Notes under the pieces: generated by a model
Told to the model about the DNA's origin: nothing
What the model saw: the letters and a program-made list of their open reading frames with translations, nothing else
The model's database searches: none
In this document: piece after piece, positions 27,168 to 41,798 of the stretch
Layout: every line of letters begins with the position of its first letter
Numbering within the stretch: position 1 is the first letter of the stretch
Made by a program: the position numbers and the translations under genes
DNA from: Auanema rhodensis
Lineage: Eukaryota > Animalia > Nematoda
Length of the DNA stretch: 64,000 nt
Reading direction: 5' to 3'
NCBI GenBank assembly: GCA_964057225.1
Contig: OZ059900.1
Span: forward strand, 9,486,001 to 9,550,000

Positions 27168-29229
27168 ATGGGTACCTGCTGCTCCTGTTCACGAAAAGCT
27201 CATCAGGTGATAAATAGATTTAATTATTATATATATATATTTATACTGTTATGATAATTTATAATTAGTTTCTCTTGCATTTCCATAATTTTATTTTGTT
27301 CGCCGCTTTTGAACATATTGCGCAGCCAAAGTCAAACATATCACAGTCTTTTCTATTATGTTCCGCAACAGATAAAAAAACTTGCAGTTCGTGATATCTA
27401 TGATATACGAGCGTAATAACATTCTCAATGTAGTTTGCATGAATAATATGAGAAAAATAGTTGCATTTAGTGTGGATTTTAACAAAACTTGGCTTTGAAT
27501 TTAAACTTTTCTCCAGATGACCACGTAAAGTTGCCTCGTTTTCTAGATAAGAATCACATAAAAATCAATTTTGCGAATGTTTCAATTTTTTTTTTTCGGT
27601 TCATCTTTTTTTTGTCATGAACATGTTAATGATGATTTGAAATAATGCATGCAAAGCTGTGTGATAATCATTTCCAATCTGTTCTTACATAAGACTCTTC
27701 CTGTTCCTATTGAAAACTGCCGTCTTATGCTATTGCAGTGACATTGATTACTTTATCAGTATCTATGAGATAGTTAAGTCGAAGTAATCCACAGTTTACT
27801 TACAAATATTTTGAAGAATTATTTTGTGAATTTCAGTTGTTTCTCAACTTGTTGCTAATTTCCATTAACGTTTTGCCAACAATCAAATTATTTTTTTACA
27901 TTTCTGCACATAGCATTTGAATATGAACCTGATATTCGTTCACTAGTAGTTATATTGATTCATAATTTCACTTTCAACTTAATTTTCAATCTGATTTATG
28001 AATGTATATACATTTTTTACATTCACATATATATTATATTATATATATAACTATATATAACTATATATATATATATATATATTAAAGTGAATATAAAGGT
28101 GAAATTTCATATTAATTTTCAAGTGCTATTGACAGATTCATGGCCATCTGTAACATAATTTGTTCCGACATTATCTAATAAACATCAATAGCAAAAATTA
28201 AATATAATCATATAGTATATAGTATATATCGATGTTATTATTATTGAATCACGTTTTACAATGATTATTACATTAATTTTTGATGCTAAGTACTCTGAAA
28301 GTATGTTTCGAAAAAATAAGTTTTTTTCATAATGTAATTTTTTTTAATATGACTTATTCTGCATTGCAACTTTTGCTGGTATTCAGCAATATTATGAAAT
28401 ATTTTGTATAAATAAGTTTTGTGTTCTGACTAATTGTTTTGAATTTTTATGTAAAAACATTTTTTTTTCATAAGGAGCATAATAGTAGTTACAAATTTCT
28501 TTTGTAGACTGAAGAAGTTGGTGAAATCAAAATCGATGACCTGAAAGGAATCTTCCGTGAATTTGATTTAAACGGCGATGGATTCATTCAAAAGGTGAGG
28601 AGTATCTTCATCTTTCTATTTAAATATCAATCGGATATAATTATTATTGATATATCTATGTGGAATTATACATTGTTGTTCTCATTTTATAGGAAGAATT
28701 GCTTGCCGTCATGCAACGAATGGGTCAGTCTCCGACGGATGATGAACTGGATGCTATGCTAAGTGCTGCTGATAAAGATAAAGATGGCAAAATAGATTTC
28801 GAAGGTGATTTAACCAGCTATGATAAACCGAATTGTGATTCTTCCACCAAATTATTCATATGTTACCAGTTCTTCATAAAAAAATTGCAGAATTTCTGAC
28901 AATCGCGTATGCTAATCCTCTTTCATTGTCACTTCGAGCAGTTTTTGAAGAATTGGATGTTGATGGGGATGGTTTCATTACTAGGTAAGAATAGACTTGT
29001 GTTTGAACCTCACATTGAAAAAATTTAATTTCAGATCGGAATTGCGTACTGCCTTCCAACGCATGGGACATTCACTCAGTGACCAAGACATCAAAGCTAT
29101 TTACAAGCATGTAGATTCTAACAATGATGGCAAAATTAACTTTAAAGGTGAGTTAATAAGCAATGAAAAACGAAAAATTTATTCAATTTTTCAGAATTCT
29201 GCCACATGATGACTAAAAGAAAGTTATAA
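27168..29229 (+). CDS. Calmodulin-like protein with four EF hands
   Basis: EF loops DLNGDGFIQKEE, DKDKDGKIDFEE, DVDGDGFITRSE, DSNNDGKINFKE across exons 28508-29229. The first exon 27168-27206 (MGTCCSCSRKAHQ) is phase-compatible but less certain. Confidence 0.88.
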
Positions 29230-30322
29230 AAACTAAAAAAAACACAGAGCAGACAGATGCTCTTGATAACCATTTCACAAGAATCATCTGTCATGTTCAA
29301 CACATTTATCTTAGCAGGCAAAGAATAACAAACACTAAGCATCATTACTTTTTTTTTCTTAATTTCTCATTATAATGCTAATCTTCACTAATTGAGACTC
29401 AAATAGTAACTAGTTTTGGGAATAGTTACATGAAATATTCACATTTTTATCCGTTGCGTCATAAGCTAACACAATTTTTTATCGGAAATAAGCGTAATAA
29501 TTCAACAGAGCCTTCTTTCTTCTTTCATATATAACTGTTTCAGATAATATTTAGATATGCTTCTGCTTTTAAAGTATAATTAATAGTCGCTTGTTGAACT
29601 ATATATCAGAGCATTTGCTTAGTAATTACAGCATTTTTTTCTTTTTTTTTAAATAATAAAAATTTAATTAAAAATTCTTTTTTTTTGTTTTCATTTATCA
29701 TTTCTGAACAGAAATTTGATAACTTTTGGTTAATCAATGAATGTAGTTTGAGTTGATGTGACAGGTGATAGAAGAAGAGATAGAAGAAATGGAAAACTTG
29801 ACCACTATTCACATACTTCTGTTTTGTACCCATTTGTGCCATAATACATAAACCATTTTCGTATATTTGTCATGATATAATAAAAACAATTTACTTTAAA
29901 AACTTTTATATGAACAGATGAAAATTGAAATTAGAGAAATCATAGTTTGAAAAAGGATTGACAATCTTATCCAGAGAGCCATTATTAATGGCTCTGACGA
30001 GATAAGTTAAGTTAATCAGCTATGTAGTTAAGATTAAAGAGAATTTTGAGATCACCAATGGATTTTACATTCATTTGCAATTTCTGAGAAAGAATGTGAA
30101 AATTGGAAAAAGGAACTAGTCATCAAACTACATTCTGTACATAAGAATTTCTTTTTTTTTAATTTTTAGCTCAAATATATTATTGATTGTGTTTTGATTT
30201 ATATAACTATACGTAATAGTATAGATATCTTTGCAATATACATATACAATAAGTATACTTTTAATGAATTTGTATTGATTAGATAGAAAAATTGTTTGTA
30301 TGTATATACTATATATATATAA

Positions 30323-33300
30323 TTATAATTGGGCTGATTTAACGTCATAATATGAGACAGATGGGTAAATGTACGATGTAGTTTGAGGAGACCAGTATGA
30401 AGAAATGGCATTGTTACTCTGAAATCATATCATTAATGTAAGTGTCACCACTTTTTTTTTCATATTTGTCCAATTCGTTTCTACACTTTCTCGGCGTGGT
30501 CTTTCAATTTTTTGAAAAAAAAATGTACTTACTGTAGGTACAGGATTCAAAGGTATGTTCCGCTCAGATCGAGAAAGTAGTTGATGGTAAGCTGGTACGA
30601 CGGTTGCTGTAAGTTTTGAAGATAGTGCTGAAACAATGTGAGATAATTTTTAAAATCCAAACAAAAACTGGTAATGCGAAAAAAAGAAAATATATTTACT
30701 GTTTGAGTAGGGTGCTAAGCTGGTAACTGCAGTTGTCAAGTCCGAATTATTGACGACAGTATTTTGACAGGCTTGTGCAAGTCCTTGAAAATCAAATTTG
30801 TATGCATATCGCTTACCGTGTACCTGAAACTTGTTTTGATAAAATAAGTTTGAGCTTCAAATTCAAGTTTGTAATTTGAATTTGGATTTTCTATACCTTA
30901 GTCATGATATTTTTATCATAGTAGTAGCGTAATGCACGGCTTAGCTTATCATAGTTCATATTCGGCTTGCTAAATCAAATTATATATAAGGCCAATTAAT
31001 TTTTCTTTTTCCAAATTGATCAAGAAATTAATTTTATTTGTAATGAACCTTTTTCGTTCTCCCCATTTGCGTGCTACTTCATCAGGATCAATAAGCTTAA
31101 ACTCTCCGTTGCCACCTTCCCAGGATATGCAATGTGAATTAGCGGCTGCATCAGCTAAGAGCTCAAGTAAGAACTGCCATAACTGAATTTGTCCACTTCC
31201 TAGAACTGAAATATGACGATTATTCGATGATCAATTCATTTCGTATAATACTGAGATTGTAAATCAAAGTCATGTTTAGTATATGTCTTGTCTTAAGCTT
31301 CAAAGTTATTTTTAGTCTAAATTGATTTCAATGCTATTAACACATTAGAGAAATGCTCACAAATGTTTGTTAAAGTTTATTTTTTAGTTCTCGCTATGAG
31401 AACAAATATCATAATTTACTAATAGTTTGATGCTCAGATAACAGCTTTATACTAAATGCTCAACTAATTTTTTTTGGAATCCATCTCTTTCGATTCTCAG
31501 AATGCTTTATCAAATCAAATGACACATGAAATCATTGCATCATATTGATGACAAAAAAAAAGATTTTCATCTCAAATTGCTGAAAGCTTTGAGTTGGGTC
31601 GTGCAAAAAAACTATTTTTGAACATCTAAAGCTATAAGCAATGGAATTGTCATTTGATTAAAGAGATATAAATATAAATAAAATAGCTGTGAGACAAGTT
31701 ATTGACAAGCTTTGGATTTAGTTGTCCATATCTATTCTTTTTTATAAATTTTTCAGTTATTCCATTCTAACTTTACAATTTAGAAAACCAAAAATATTCG
31801 AATTCCGATCAATATTTCATTAATACAAACTACAAAATAAATAATTTCAAATCAAATTGAAGGTCAAAACGGCTATATACTAACATGTGATTTATAATTT
31901 TGTTCATTTACTACTATTTCAGTACTTTTCTTTATTCTTACATTCAAAATGCTTAAAATTTGAGAAAACTCTTCTACGAATTGGCAATATTCATTTGGGA
32001 AATGTATCTAACGAATAATTGCTGCCATCTAATTACTCTTCTTTTAAACAAAATGAATAATTTATAAGTAATTAGAAAAGAACAATTAAGTTAATTTGTA
32101 CGTCTATGTGAATCTTTTTTTTTTGCATTTCTTTAATAAAACTGATTTTCTTTGAAATTTTACAATTATTCTTCGTTCTCCAGTTCATCTACATTGTGTC
32201 GCTCAATTTTCATACATGCTACTTGCAATGCTAGCTTCAATATTAGTTTTATTTTCAGATTTATTCTATCATCTGTCTTATTTCTACTTTTTTTCAATTT
32301 CGGAAGAAAGAAGATAATATTCTGCATCAGTAAGTTTATCGAAAATGTTTTTTAATCTTGACCAATTTTAACTTTCATTTTGGGGTATAGCTAGATGCAC
32401 AATTGGTTTTTTCGCTTCATTAGATTGAATACGCTCCAAAATCTTGATTAAGCCAGCTTTGAAATATGGAAGCAATTTGAGTGTGTCAGTATGTTTTGAA
32501 ATAGCGAGAAGTGAAAAACAATAATAAGATATGTGGAAAAAGATCAATAATGATGAGACATTGAAAATCGTTTATATGATACGTTGAATATAATAGAGAA
32601 TATGGGTAATTGCTATTGTTTTGACGAAAGATAGCAAAATTATACTGTTAGTTCACAAAGTTTTTTTTTATTTGGGCTGTCTGAGATGGATACGCTAATA
32701 TTTACACGTGTTTGGCGACAGATATCATTTATTTTTTGTTTTTTTCTTTAAATTCTTCACAACTTTCGTTGCTTCATTTCTTATCCCACGGAATTCTTTT
32801 TATAATTTGTTAGGTCGCCGCGTGGCTTTTGAAGGGCTACCTCTCTTTGTGTTTCACAAATGTTTTACTTTATTGTACAGCAAATAGCGCACGATGCTAT
32901 TTAGCTATTGGCAGCTATATTTTCAAAGATATTTCAGTTCACATTAGAGCGTTTAAATCTTTTCAAGAAAATCAAAAGTCTCTTATGGTTGTATACGTAT
33001 ATAGTTCTCTGTCGCGTTGAATTTCTTTTCAAAATAATTTCTTTTCAAAACTTATTCATAAAACTTGCAGCCTCTCTCCTATTCACTTGTTATATTTCTC
33101 ACTCTACTTCACCAATTTTTCAAATTTTTTACTGACTCTTTTGCTTTTTCAAACTTTTTTTCAAGCTAACCATATGTTTTCCGATGTACATGTGCAATTG
33201 GTGGTTAGTTTCTTTTGTATCATAAACATATGGACATTTTCGGAACTTATCTCACTCATCTCCCTATATACAAAAACGTGGATTGTTTATTAATTGATAC

Positions 33301-34371
33301 AAAGAATAGAACTTCTTTTATAGTTTCACAGTTATCATTCTTACTCTCCCATCTTTTCAAGTTTAATGAATTCACTTATTCCTTCTTTTTCATTCAAGTT
33401 TAGCTTACAAAAACTACAAGGCATACTACTCAAATGAAAACTTCAGAGAAAAAAAAAACAATGTTCTAAAGGGCATATGTAAAAACAATAATCAACTAAT
33501 CATAGTATAAGCTCATACATTGTTGAAATGGAGAACAGTTTAGAAATAAATGACAAGTCTTAACAACGTACCTGAATTGAATCTATTGTTCTCTGGAGGT
33601 GGAATCGAAGAATCCCAATTGTTTCGTTGACATAAGTTGTCATAGCTATCTGGATAAGGAATCATTACATCCGATAGGTGTAAATGTGCGCGTGTGAGTG
33701 AATATGAGGATTTGTATATTATATGTTTACAAGTCGTATTCCATTTTATCTAAGATCTTCATTTAATGAACAAAAGAGACAGAAATCAGAACATGTAAGT
33801 TATGAAAGTAAGTGAAAAGTAAAAAATAGTGAGTAAGAAAAATCATAATTGTAAAGGAATTGAGTTCAAACACCAAATTGTAATAGATGAGCGTCGCTGT
33901 TTTTAAGACAGCAAGCACAATTCAACTTTTGATGCACTTTTTATTACATAGCATTATGCCGTTGTCGATAATACAAATTTTTGAAGGATCGTTGAGTTGA
34001 AGGCGTTATGGGTGATTTTTATCGTGGCCATTTTAGCAGCAGCTGCAGCAGCCGGCTGTACCAGCTTGTAAACTCGCGCAGTTTTTGATGAACAAGCGAA
34101 AAAGGTTATGCAATTGATACATCTGTATAACTATGGAGTCTGTATGCTCGGAAGGAAACCAACTGTTTCCGTTGTGTCAAACTTGCGGAAACACAACTTC
34201 CGTTTCATTGTATAGCTGTGCAGCTTATAGGAAAGGAAATATGTACATTTTTTAGGAAATAGGTAGAGGTAGTCGTAAGTGATAAACGAGTTGTAATTAA
34301 TACAAACAATAGGTAGATGAGTGCGATAATTCAAGACTATATGTAATAAACTTACTCAATGTTGGATACAT
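30323..34371 (-). CDS. ets-5: ETS-domain transcription factor, FEV/Pet-1 class
   Basis: [94 protein letters not shown] over exons 31200-30700. The upstream exons (33572-33650, 34356-34371) are phase-compatible but less certain. Confidence 0.88.
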
Positions 34372-36311
34372 GAAGACAAGTCGTTATGGTTAGAGCTGAC
34401 AACTTCTTTAGAATGTTATGCTCCGCCAGGCACTAGCTTTCTGAGCCACCTAAAGTCACCGGTCGTTTGCTGCTCTAAGCTTTTAGAGAGAGACTAATAT
34501 CGAGAAAGAGACGAATAAGTATGCAGAGAAATAAAAAAATAGCAAGATCGAGAGTGAATAAGAGAGAGCAATATCTAGTAGTAGTTATTAGTGAGAGAAA
34601 CTTATGACAAAGTTTGAGAAATACTGCTATTAAGTCAATGTACCTTTTTCCGGAAACAGGCTGCGCCTGAATAGAAGACCAATCTGAGAGAGCTTTCTTA
34701 AAGGCAGTTCACATCACTTATGAAAACAGCATAACTGAAGCAGAGAATCAGAATTATTCTATGAAAAGAGCAAGAAATATTAAGAGGAATATACAAAGGT
34801 GGAGCAAAATTATAAATTTACCGTAAAAGGTTGTTACTTAATGCGAGAAGCCATTAAAGCCGACTTCCTATTCGCTCATAACAAGCACCAGCACCATTTC
34901 CGCTCTGCCGATTAGCGCTAATGGAATCTTAAAATTTTCAAGATGTTATGGTTTCTAGGATAGAAACTAAAGATAAACATGAATCTAATCTATCTTAAAT
35001 CTAATATATTTTCCAAAATTATGATATACGGGGACATAGTCTCAGATGTTAAGACGAGAAATGTTATAACAAAACGATTAAACTCAAAAAAGGTTCAAAT
35101 TCTGTCCTTTGCTTCGCCAGTAATCTTAGATAACAGGCATAAACGATAATAAAAAAAATTAATTTAAAAAAAAAAAATTTTTTTTTTTTGAATAAATTTT
35201 TAAAAATTTTCCGAATTAAAAATCTGTAAATTTGTAATATTGAAAAGTTCAAATAATTAAAACATGAATCTAAATCAGAACACGATCTAAAAAAACATTT
35301 TTGAGCAAAAAAAGAAACCGCGCTCTAATGCTAATTCAGGTAACTAGTTCAAATTTGAATTTACTCTTGTTTTATAAGTTGTTTATTTTTTAAATTAATT
35401 TCGTATTTAATTTTGATTATTTTTTCTTGTTTTATTTATTATACTTTTTTGTCTTTTTGCTTGATTTAAATTTCTAACCAAATTCACTGTTTTTGCAAAT
35501 GCATTAACTTAACAAAAGCTTTAAGAGCTCATACAGCTTCTTTAGTTAATTATGCAATGTGAACAATATTTTTGGAACACATATATCATATATTCCTTTG
35601 CTAATTTTCTTTTTAAAAGCGTTGCTGTTTAGTGTTGCGCAATTGAGATCACAATTCATCACTTTGATTAATTGGCAACACTTTCTGTTATCTGTTCTTC
35701 ATATTCCACAATCGAAAAAAGTTCAGTTAATTTAGAATTTTAAAGAAAGTTCAATATTGAAATAATTGTTATCATCTGATACATTTTCAGTTGTGCACAA
35801 AAAAGACTCAAAATAAGTAAGAGTGCGTTGAATATTTGTTTTAATCTAATAAGTTTCATGAATTTTTGTGTTGCTATCTCTTTGCTGTCTACGACAAATG
35901 GAAATGACAGAAAGAAGTTTCGTATTGCATTACAGTTCTTATCAGCACCTGTTTTGTTTAGCAGTTAATTCCACTAAAAAAATTTTTGAACTTTCTTACT
36001 ATTGAAACTGTCTATTAAATTTTCTTTCTAAGATATTCTTTTTAATTGATAAATATAAATGAAATCGCTTTTTCAATATTTGCTTACTAGTTTTAGCGAT
36101 GAAGTTGAGCTATCAGAATGCATTTCATTTAATTTCATATTAACTAATGTGTATAAAACACGGGTTTACGTATACGAAAGAAAAATTTGCAGCTTTCTTA
36201 TTTGTGTTTGTTGAACACTTCATCGTACTTAACTACATTATTTTAAAATGCTATTCGTCTCTTTTTGTTCAACTTTACTAATAATAAAATAATTTACGTA
36301 TTTTCAGTAAC

Positions 36312-39300
36312 ATGGAAAATATTCTAGAGTATAGAACGGGTTTGATTGATAGGATTTCATTTTTCATAGGTTATTCTATGCTATTCAAGGAAAAATTTAC
36401 TTATTATTTCTTTCTAGGAGATCCTTTGATCACTGTTATATATAATGAAGAATCCGCTCTTGATATGACATGTGACAAATTTGTAAGTTGTATACATTAT
36501 TGCCTAACAGTTATTTGTATTTTTAAGCATGCTATATATTTTGGCAACGTTTGCAGATATATGAAGTGTTTGAGATTTCGAAAGAATGAGTTAAAAAATA
36601 TTTTACTTCAATTAATTCCTGTATGTTTATTCATCAAGAAGATGATAGTTATAATTAATATAATATTTAGTATACTCAACATGTTTGTGTTGCTGATTAT
36701 CATTCATTTGTGGAGGAAGATTTTGAAATCCGAAAACTTATTGCCACTGCTTTGAGAGTAAAGTATGTTCACAATTTTGCGCTTTTTATAAGAATCAATT
36801 AAGATTACTCTTCAATGAAAAACCTCTACTCGATATGTTTATGAAAGGATTAAGATTTCATCTAACATCTCTTGAAGATTCTTCATATACACTTTTTAGT
36901 TATCTTGAGGATGAAGTTCAAAGGTCAAGCTAAAATTTAAATCAATAACAATAGGTTTGTTTTCAGGTATCATTTCATTACAGAGGTTGTCGAATCTAAG
37001 CAAGAATCCTACTATGTATTGTTCGTAGGTGAACACTCTACGCTTTATGAAGTTATTAATGTTATTACTTCCGAATATAAATCAAGTGTTCTATAGGTTG
37101 ATGAAGAGAATGTTTATACGAAAGTGTTTGCTATGCCTTTGGGTAGTAAACTTGCTTTAGATTTTTTGCAAGAACTGTAAGTCAAGTTCATCAGATTTTT
37201 TCAAATATTACTTATTTTTTTTACAGTTATAGTAAAGAATGCAATGAACAAAACGCATTATCTTTTTTTCATCGCGCCGCTGCTGTTTCAGATAGTTCCA
37301 TAATCGACTGTTTTGATTGCGGTTGCCCCGAGCCGAGGTAGTTATTTCTCTCACTTTTGGATTTTGTATTTATTAGTTTTAGTCCGTATTATAATGAAGC
37401 TGCCTATGCTCCCGGAATGTCTAAACTTAGAGATTACATGAAGAAAATTAAAGATCGTGAAGATCTTCTAGGGCTTGCCAGCATTGTATTACAGCATATA
37501 GGAGAAATGATAGCTTGGGTAAACTTTAATAGATATACGCATAATTTGTTTTTTGAATTCAGGAAGTAAGGGAAAAAATCGAATTGAAAAAAAAGTGTTT
37601 TGTTGCCGGACCTTTTGCTTATAATGCTTCTGTCAGAAATGGAATATCTGTAGAGTTTAGAGCAGGACAATACGTATGAAGTTTAGTGTTTTTTCATTAA
37701 TTGTCAATGCTATTCTCAGAGTTTTCCCTTCGAAGAACGCCCGGAAGCAAACTTCATTCGGAACGATTTCATCTTGGCTTTAGGTTTTCATATTAATGGA
37801 CTTGATCCATGTAAGTTTCCAAACAAAATAATAAAACAAAGTTTATATGTGGTTTAGTTTGGTTGGATCACTGTTATGAAGAAGTTATACTGAGTACAAC
37901 ATGTATAAATGAAGAACTTTCTGATACTATGAAGGTTTGTTAGTTGAGCTCAATTGTTTGTTTATATCACTTTTAGTTTGCAACTCTTGAATTCCGTGCC
38001 GTTCCTCAAACATGTCGTCTTGTGTACAATCAATTACTTAGAGATACTAATTTACCAAACAAAAGGATGAGACTCTATGTAGATAACCCTCTAAATAAAA
38101 TAGAACCATATGATATTGGTCTACATAAGTATGCTCGTGATCATTGGTTTGATGTTCTTACTAATAGTATGGATGATGTAACTAATTTGTTCTTGTATAC
38201 CATTTATAGATTTTATTTTAGATTTGGAAACGAATTTCATTGCACTATGCAAATGATGAGACCGCAAAACCACGTTTTAAGAGCATGAGTCAAAATCTTA
38301 TAAATAAAATGAAAATCTGGATCGAAGAACCTTAGTAAGACTATTCGCTCGATGTCAAAATAATTTTTTGCTTTTTGCAGTGCTTTTGGAACATGCACCG
38401 TATATAAAATTCTTAATATGCGAGAGCAAGCTCTTATTAGGTACAATTTTTACGACTTGTTCAGAGATGAAAAAGCGAGGGAAAACGATAAATCACTTGA
38501 AGAGCTTCCTCATCAACTGCACAGAATCGATATGGTATAGTCAAAGTTTGGGTCACATTCTAATCTGTTTGCTAATTTGTTGATATAATATCCATTTTTT
38601 ACAGATTGAAAGCAGTCACGAACGTTTACGCGAAGCAATGATTGGAGTGTATGCAGGAAACGTCTTTGATTGGGGATCACCTAAAGTTTAATGCTATTAA
38701 TTTGAAATTTTAAACACTCAGTTTTAGGTTGCAAACATGCTAGAATCGGATGGAGGACTTGAATTCGGTAGAGCAATGCAATTAGTTCGAACACATTTTC
38801 CACATAGAGAGTTCGAACACTTCTATTCTCTTCTACGAATGAACACGTTTCAAACTGTTCGCATATATGTTGATAACGCGGGTGCTGATTTTATTCTAGG
38901 AGTAATGCCATTTGTTCGTGAACTGTTGAAATGGGGCCTCAAGGTTTGAATAGTGTTATTAATTCAATCATTCAACCTTATTCAGGTTACAATTGAGGCT
39001 AACATTCTTCCAGCTTTAAATGATATGACTTACATCATGCTTCAAAATTTGATAGTTCGTATTGGTGATATAGATCCTTTCATAAAAAGTAGCGCTTTGG
39101 GAAATTTAAAACTTTCTGCAAGCGGACAGTCTGGACCGTGTTTGGATATGAGGTAAATAGTTTAGAAATTATGCCTTATTTTTCTTTATATCATAATCAT
39201 TCTTATACGTTTTGCAGATTTGCTGGATACGGTCGAAATTTTAATCACGTTATCTCCAACTATTCTCCAACTGTTAATACATTTCCCGATCTCATTATTT

Positions 39301-39619
39301 TCGAGGGTATGGGAAGGGCAATCCTTTCCAATTTGAAAACTGATTTTAGAGTTCATACTCTACGGGTAAATTGTTGATTCTTTAGACCTTTGTTTATCTG
39401 CTTTTAGTTGGCAACTGTGAAATCAGAATGGATTGCAATGCTTACAAACACAAATATGTATCATAACATTTTTGATCTGCGCTCACCTGTTTTCAAAGAT
39501 GATTATTATTGTGAGCTTGGTCTTGTCTAAAGGTTTTTATTATGTCTTATTCAGATCTACCGTCTCGTGACACAGATGCGTTGTCGTATACAGTACAAGT
39601 GAAAGTTGAACCAGAATGA
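36312..39619 (+). CDS. pnk-4: PANK4-like protein: degenerate type II pantothenate-kinase domain plus DUF89/ARMT1-like phosphatase domain
   Basis: C-terminal motifs EKAREND, AGNVFDWG, YVDNAGADFILGVMPFVRELL, EANILPALNDMT, SGQSGPCLDMR, DLIIFEGMGRAILSN, ATVKSEWIA are typical of the PANK4 DUF89 domain. N-terminal exons align only loosely with the PanK fold. Confidence 0.8.
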
Positions 39620-40782
39620 ATTTAGTGAATTTAGTTTCTTGCCTCTATTTAGTTCTCAAATGAAAGCTTTATTTTTCGCATTTGGCTCATTGGTACATTT
39701 GCCATAGATTTCTACTTTTTGTTGTTGTTATTGTTATTATTGTTATTGTTTCATTGAAGCATGAAAAAGATTTGGCTACAACCATTTGATCTGCCATTTT
39801 ATCATTGACATAGAATTTTATCATCCAGTTGTGAATCTCTTGCCTGTATATTACTCTTTAGGATACCTGATATCAATATTCCAATTTCAATTTGACATTA
39901 TATATATTGAAATAGAGTTATTTGTTATTTTTCGTTATAATTTCAAATTTGAAAAAAAATTTTTTTTTAACTTTTTCAATCAATACATTCAAAAAATAAA
40001 GTTAACAGGAATATTATTATCAAAATAGGGCGGGGAAATGAAACAAAAAGAAACATTGCAAGTTACGTATCAATTTTAAAAAATTCTATTATTTTTATCT
40101 GAAGAAAACAGGTGAGCGTTCTTTGCTGTTTCTTATTTTATCTTACACTTTTTCAACTGATCTTCTACCTTTGATATATCTGACACTTTATTGTAGTATA
40201 TATTACTATAGAATGTTATACATTCATACTTGATGAACATCTGTTACTAATTTTCAAGGACTGTGAATCTAGCTAATATTAAGTTTTGTTGTACTATATA
40301 TGTGAGAAGTTATTCATTTAAAAAAATATTTCGTTATTTGATTAAAATTTTGGGCAGAGCCAGTATTGATAAAGCAATTTATGAATTTTGGTCGTGTAGC
40401 CATGAAAACATTGAACTTTTTTTCGATCAAATACACCTCAAGAATGATTTATCATCAGCTTACCTACTATCAGTAAAACTAAAGATAGACAGCTCTCGCC
40501 ACAAATGAGAATTGGGAAAATGCAAGATTCCAGCACCCTCCCCTCCCCCGCCCCAGTCAAATTTTTTATCAGCTTATGTAGGTCTCAAGTTGCAATAAAG
40601 AGGGTTTATATAAAATATTTTGTTCAAACCATAATTAAACATTTCAAAGGATTTAAAACAGAATTAAACAATATAAAATAGAATTTTCTAAAAAATTGAT
40701 GTGAATAGGATACAAACTATTTAAAACATTATTATTATAAAAATAAAACATTGTAAAGAGAGTGATGTTTTTTTTTCTTTTT

Positions 40783-41798
40783 TCATACAGTAAAACCAAT
40801 CCAACCTGCAAAAATAGTCTTGTTTATGAGACAACTCAAAAATTTATTCACCTATTGGCGCTCTCATTTTTTTCGTTTTTGTTACTCTCCTCATTGATGG
40901 CTTTGAAATTGGCCCTGTTTCTACCATTGAATTTTCCTCCGTTGAATTTTCTGGCATTGTTTCGCAACAGATCTTCGTTCTTCCAAAGCAAAACTGTTCT
41001 TTCTATTATTATATTATTTATTTATAATAAAAAATATATATAGTTGTGTACCTTGTTGCATAAGTAATCGCTAGAACAGTGCATTGCTTTACCTGATGAG
41101 TTTAGCATACGTTTTGATCCACTGGGGCAAACTACAATAAACAATACATAGGCTGTTATACTTTTTGACTATAATAAGTTAACCAAACCATTCAATTTGT
41201 TTTTTGGAGTTTTTTTTGCATTAGAGTGTAAGATAGGCTGTTCACAACAAACGAAATCAATACCGACATCAAGACAGGACATATGTTTCTGTAAAATTAT
41301 GCTATTTATATATATTTTTTACAGTTTCTTACCGAAGGACATCTTCTTGTTGTTCTACTACATTTCAATGGTTTTCTATTTTTATCAAGAACATTTTGGA
41401 GTGGTGCCGGACAAGTCGGCTGATTTGTTGCAGACGGTTCGTTTTTGGGGCAACACATATAATTGACTCCTGAGAAGAAACATCCATAATTTTCTCCGCA
41501 AATTTCGGAAAATGCAGAACCTGAACGGCGCTCATGAGTCTTTTGTTATTGAGTTATTTGATAAATTTTTTATAGAAATCAGATGCAGATATATAAGACA
41601 AACAAGATAAACTAACCTGGTAAACATTGAATTAGAATTCCATTGAAATCTTTTTTAGGCTGTTGACCATTTGGGCAATGTAAAAAACCAACTGAAACAG
41701 TAAGTATTTAGTTATTATATTATTCGATTTTGATAATATTACAAACCTGTAGTTTTTGCTAGCAAGAGTAGTGATAATAAATATAGTAATTGGTACAT
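40783..41798 (-). CDS. Secreted protein with three Cys-rich WR1/Lustrin-type repeats (not in the ORF track)
   Basis: Signal peptide [17 protein letters not shown]; exons give CPNGQQP...IQCLPG...[24 protein letters not shown]...LKCS...RCPS...[12 protein letters not shown] and CPSGSK...[15 protein letters not shown]...ICCE; GT-AG introns keep the frame to GWIGFTV*. Confidence 0.8.

Noticed and set aside
29969-29989. 10-bp-arm hairpin AGAGCCATTA-T-TAATGGCTCT between convergent genes
   Set aside because: Too short for a pre-miRNA, and there is no other support.
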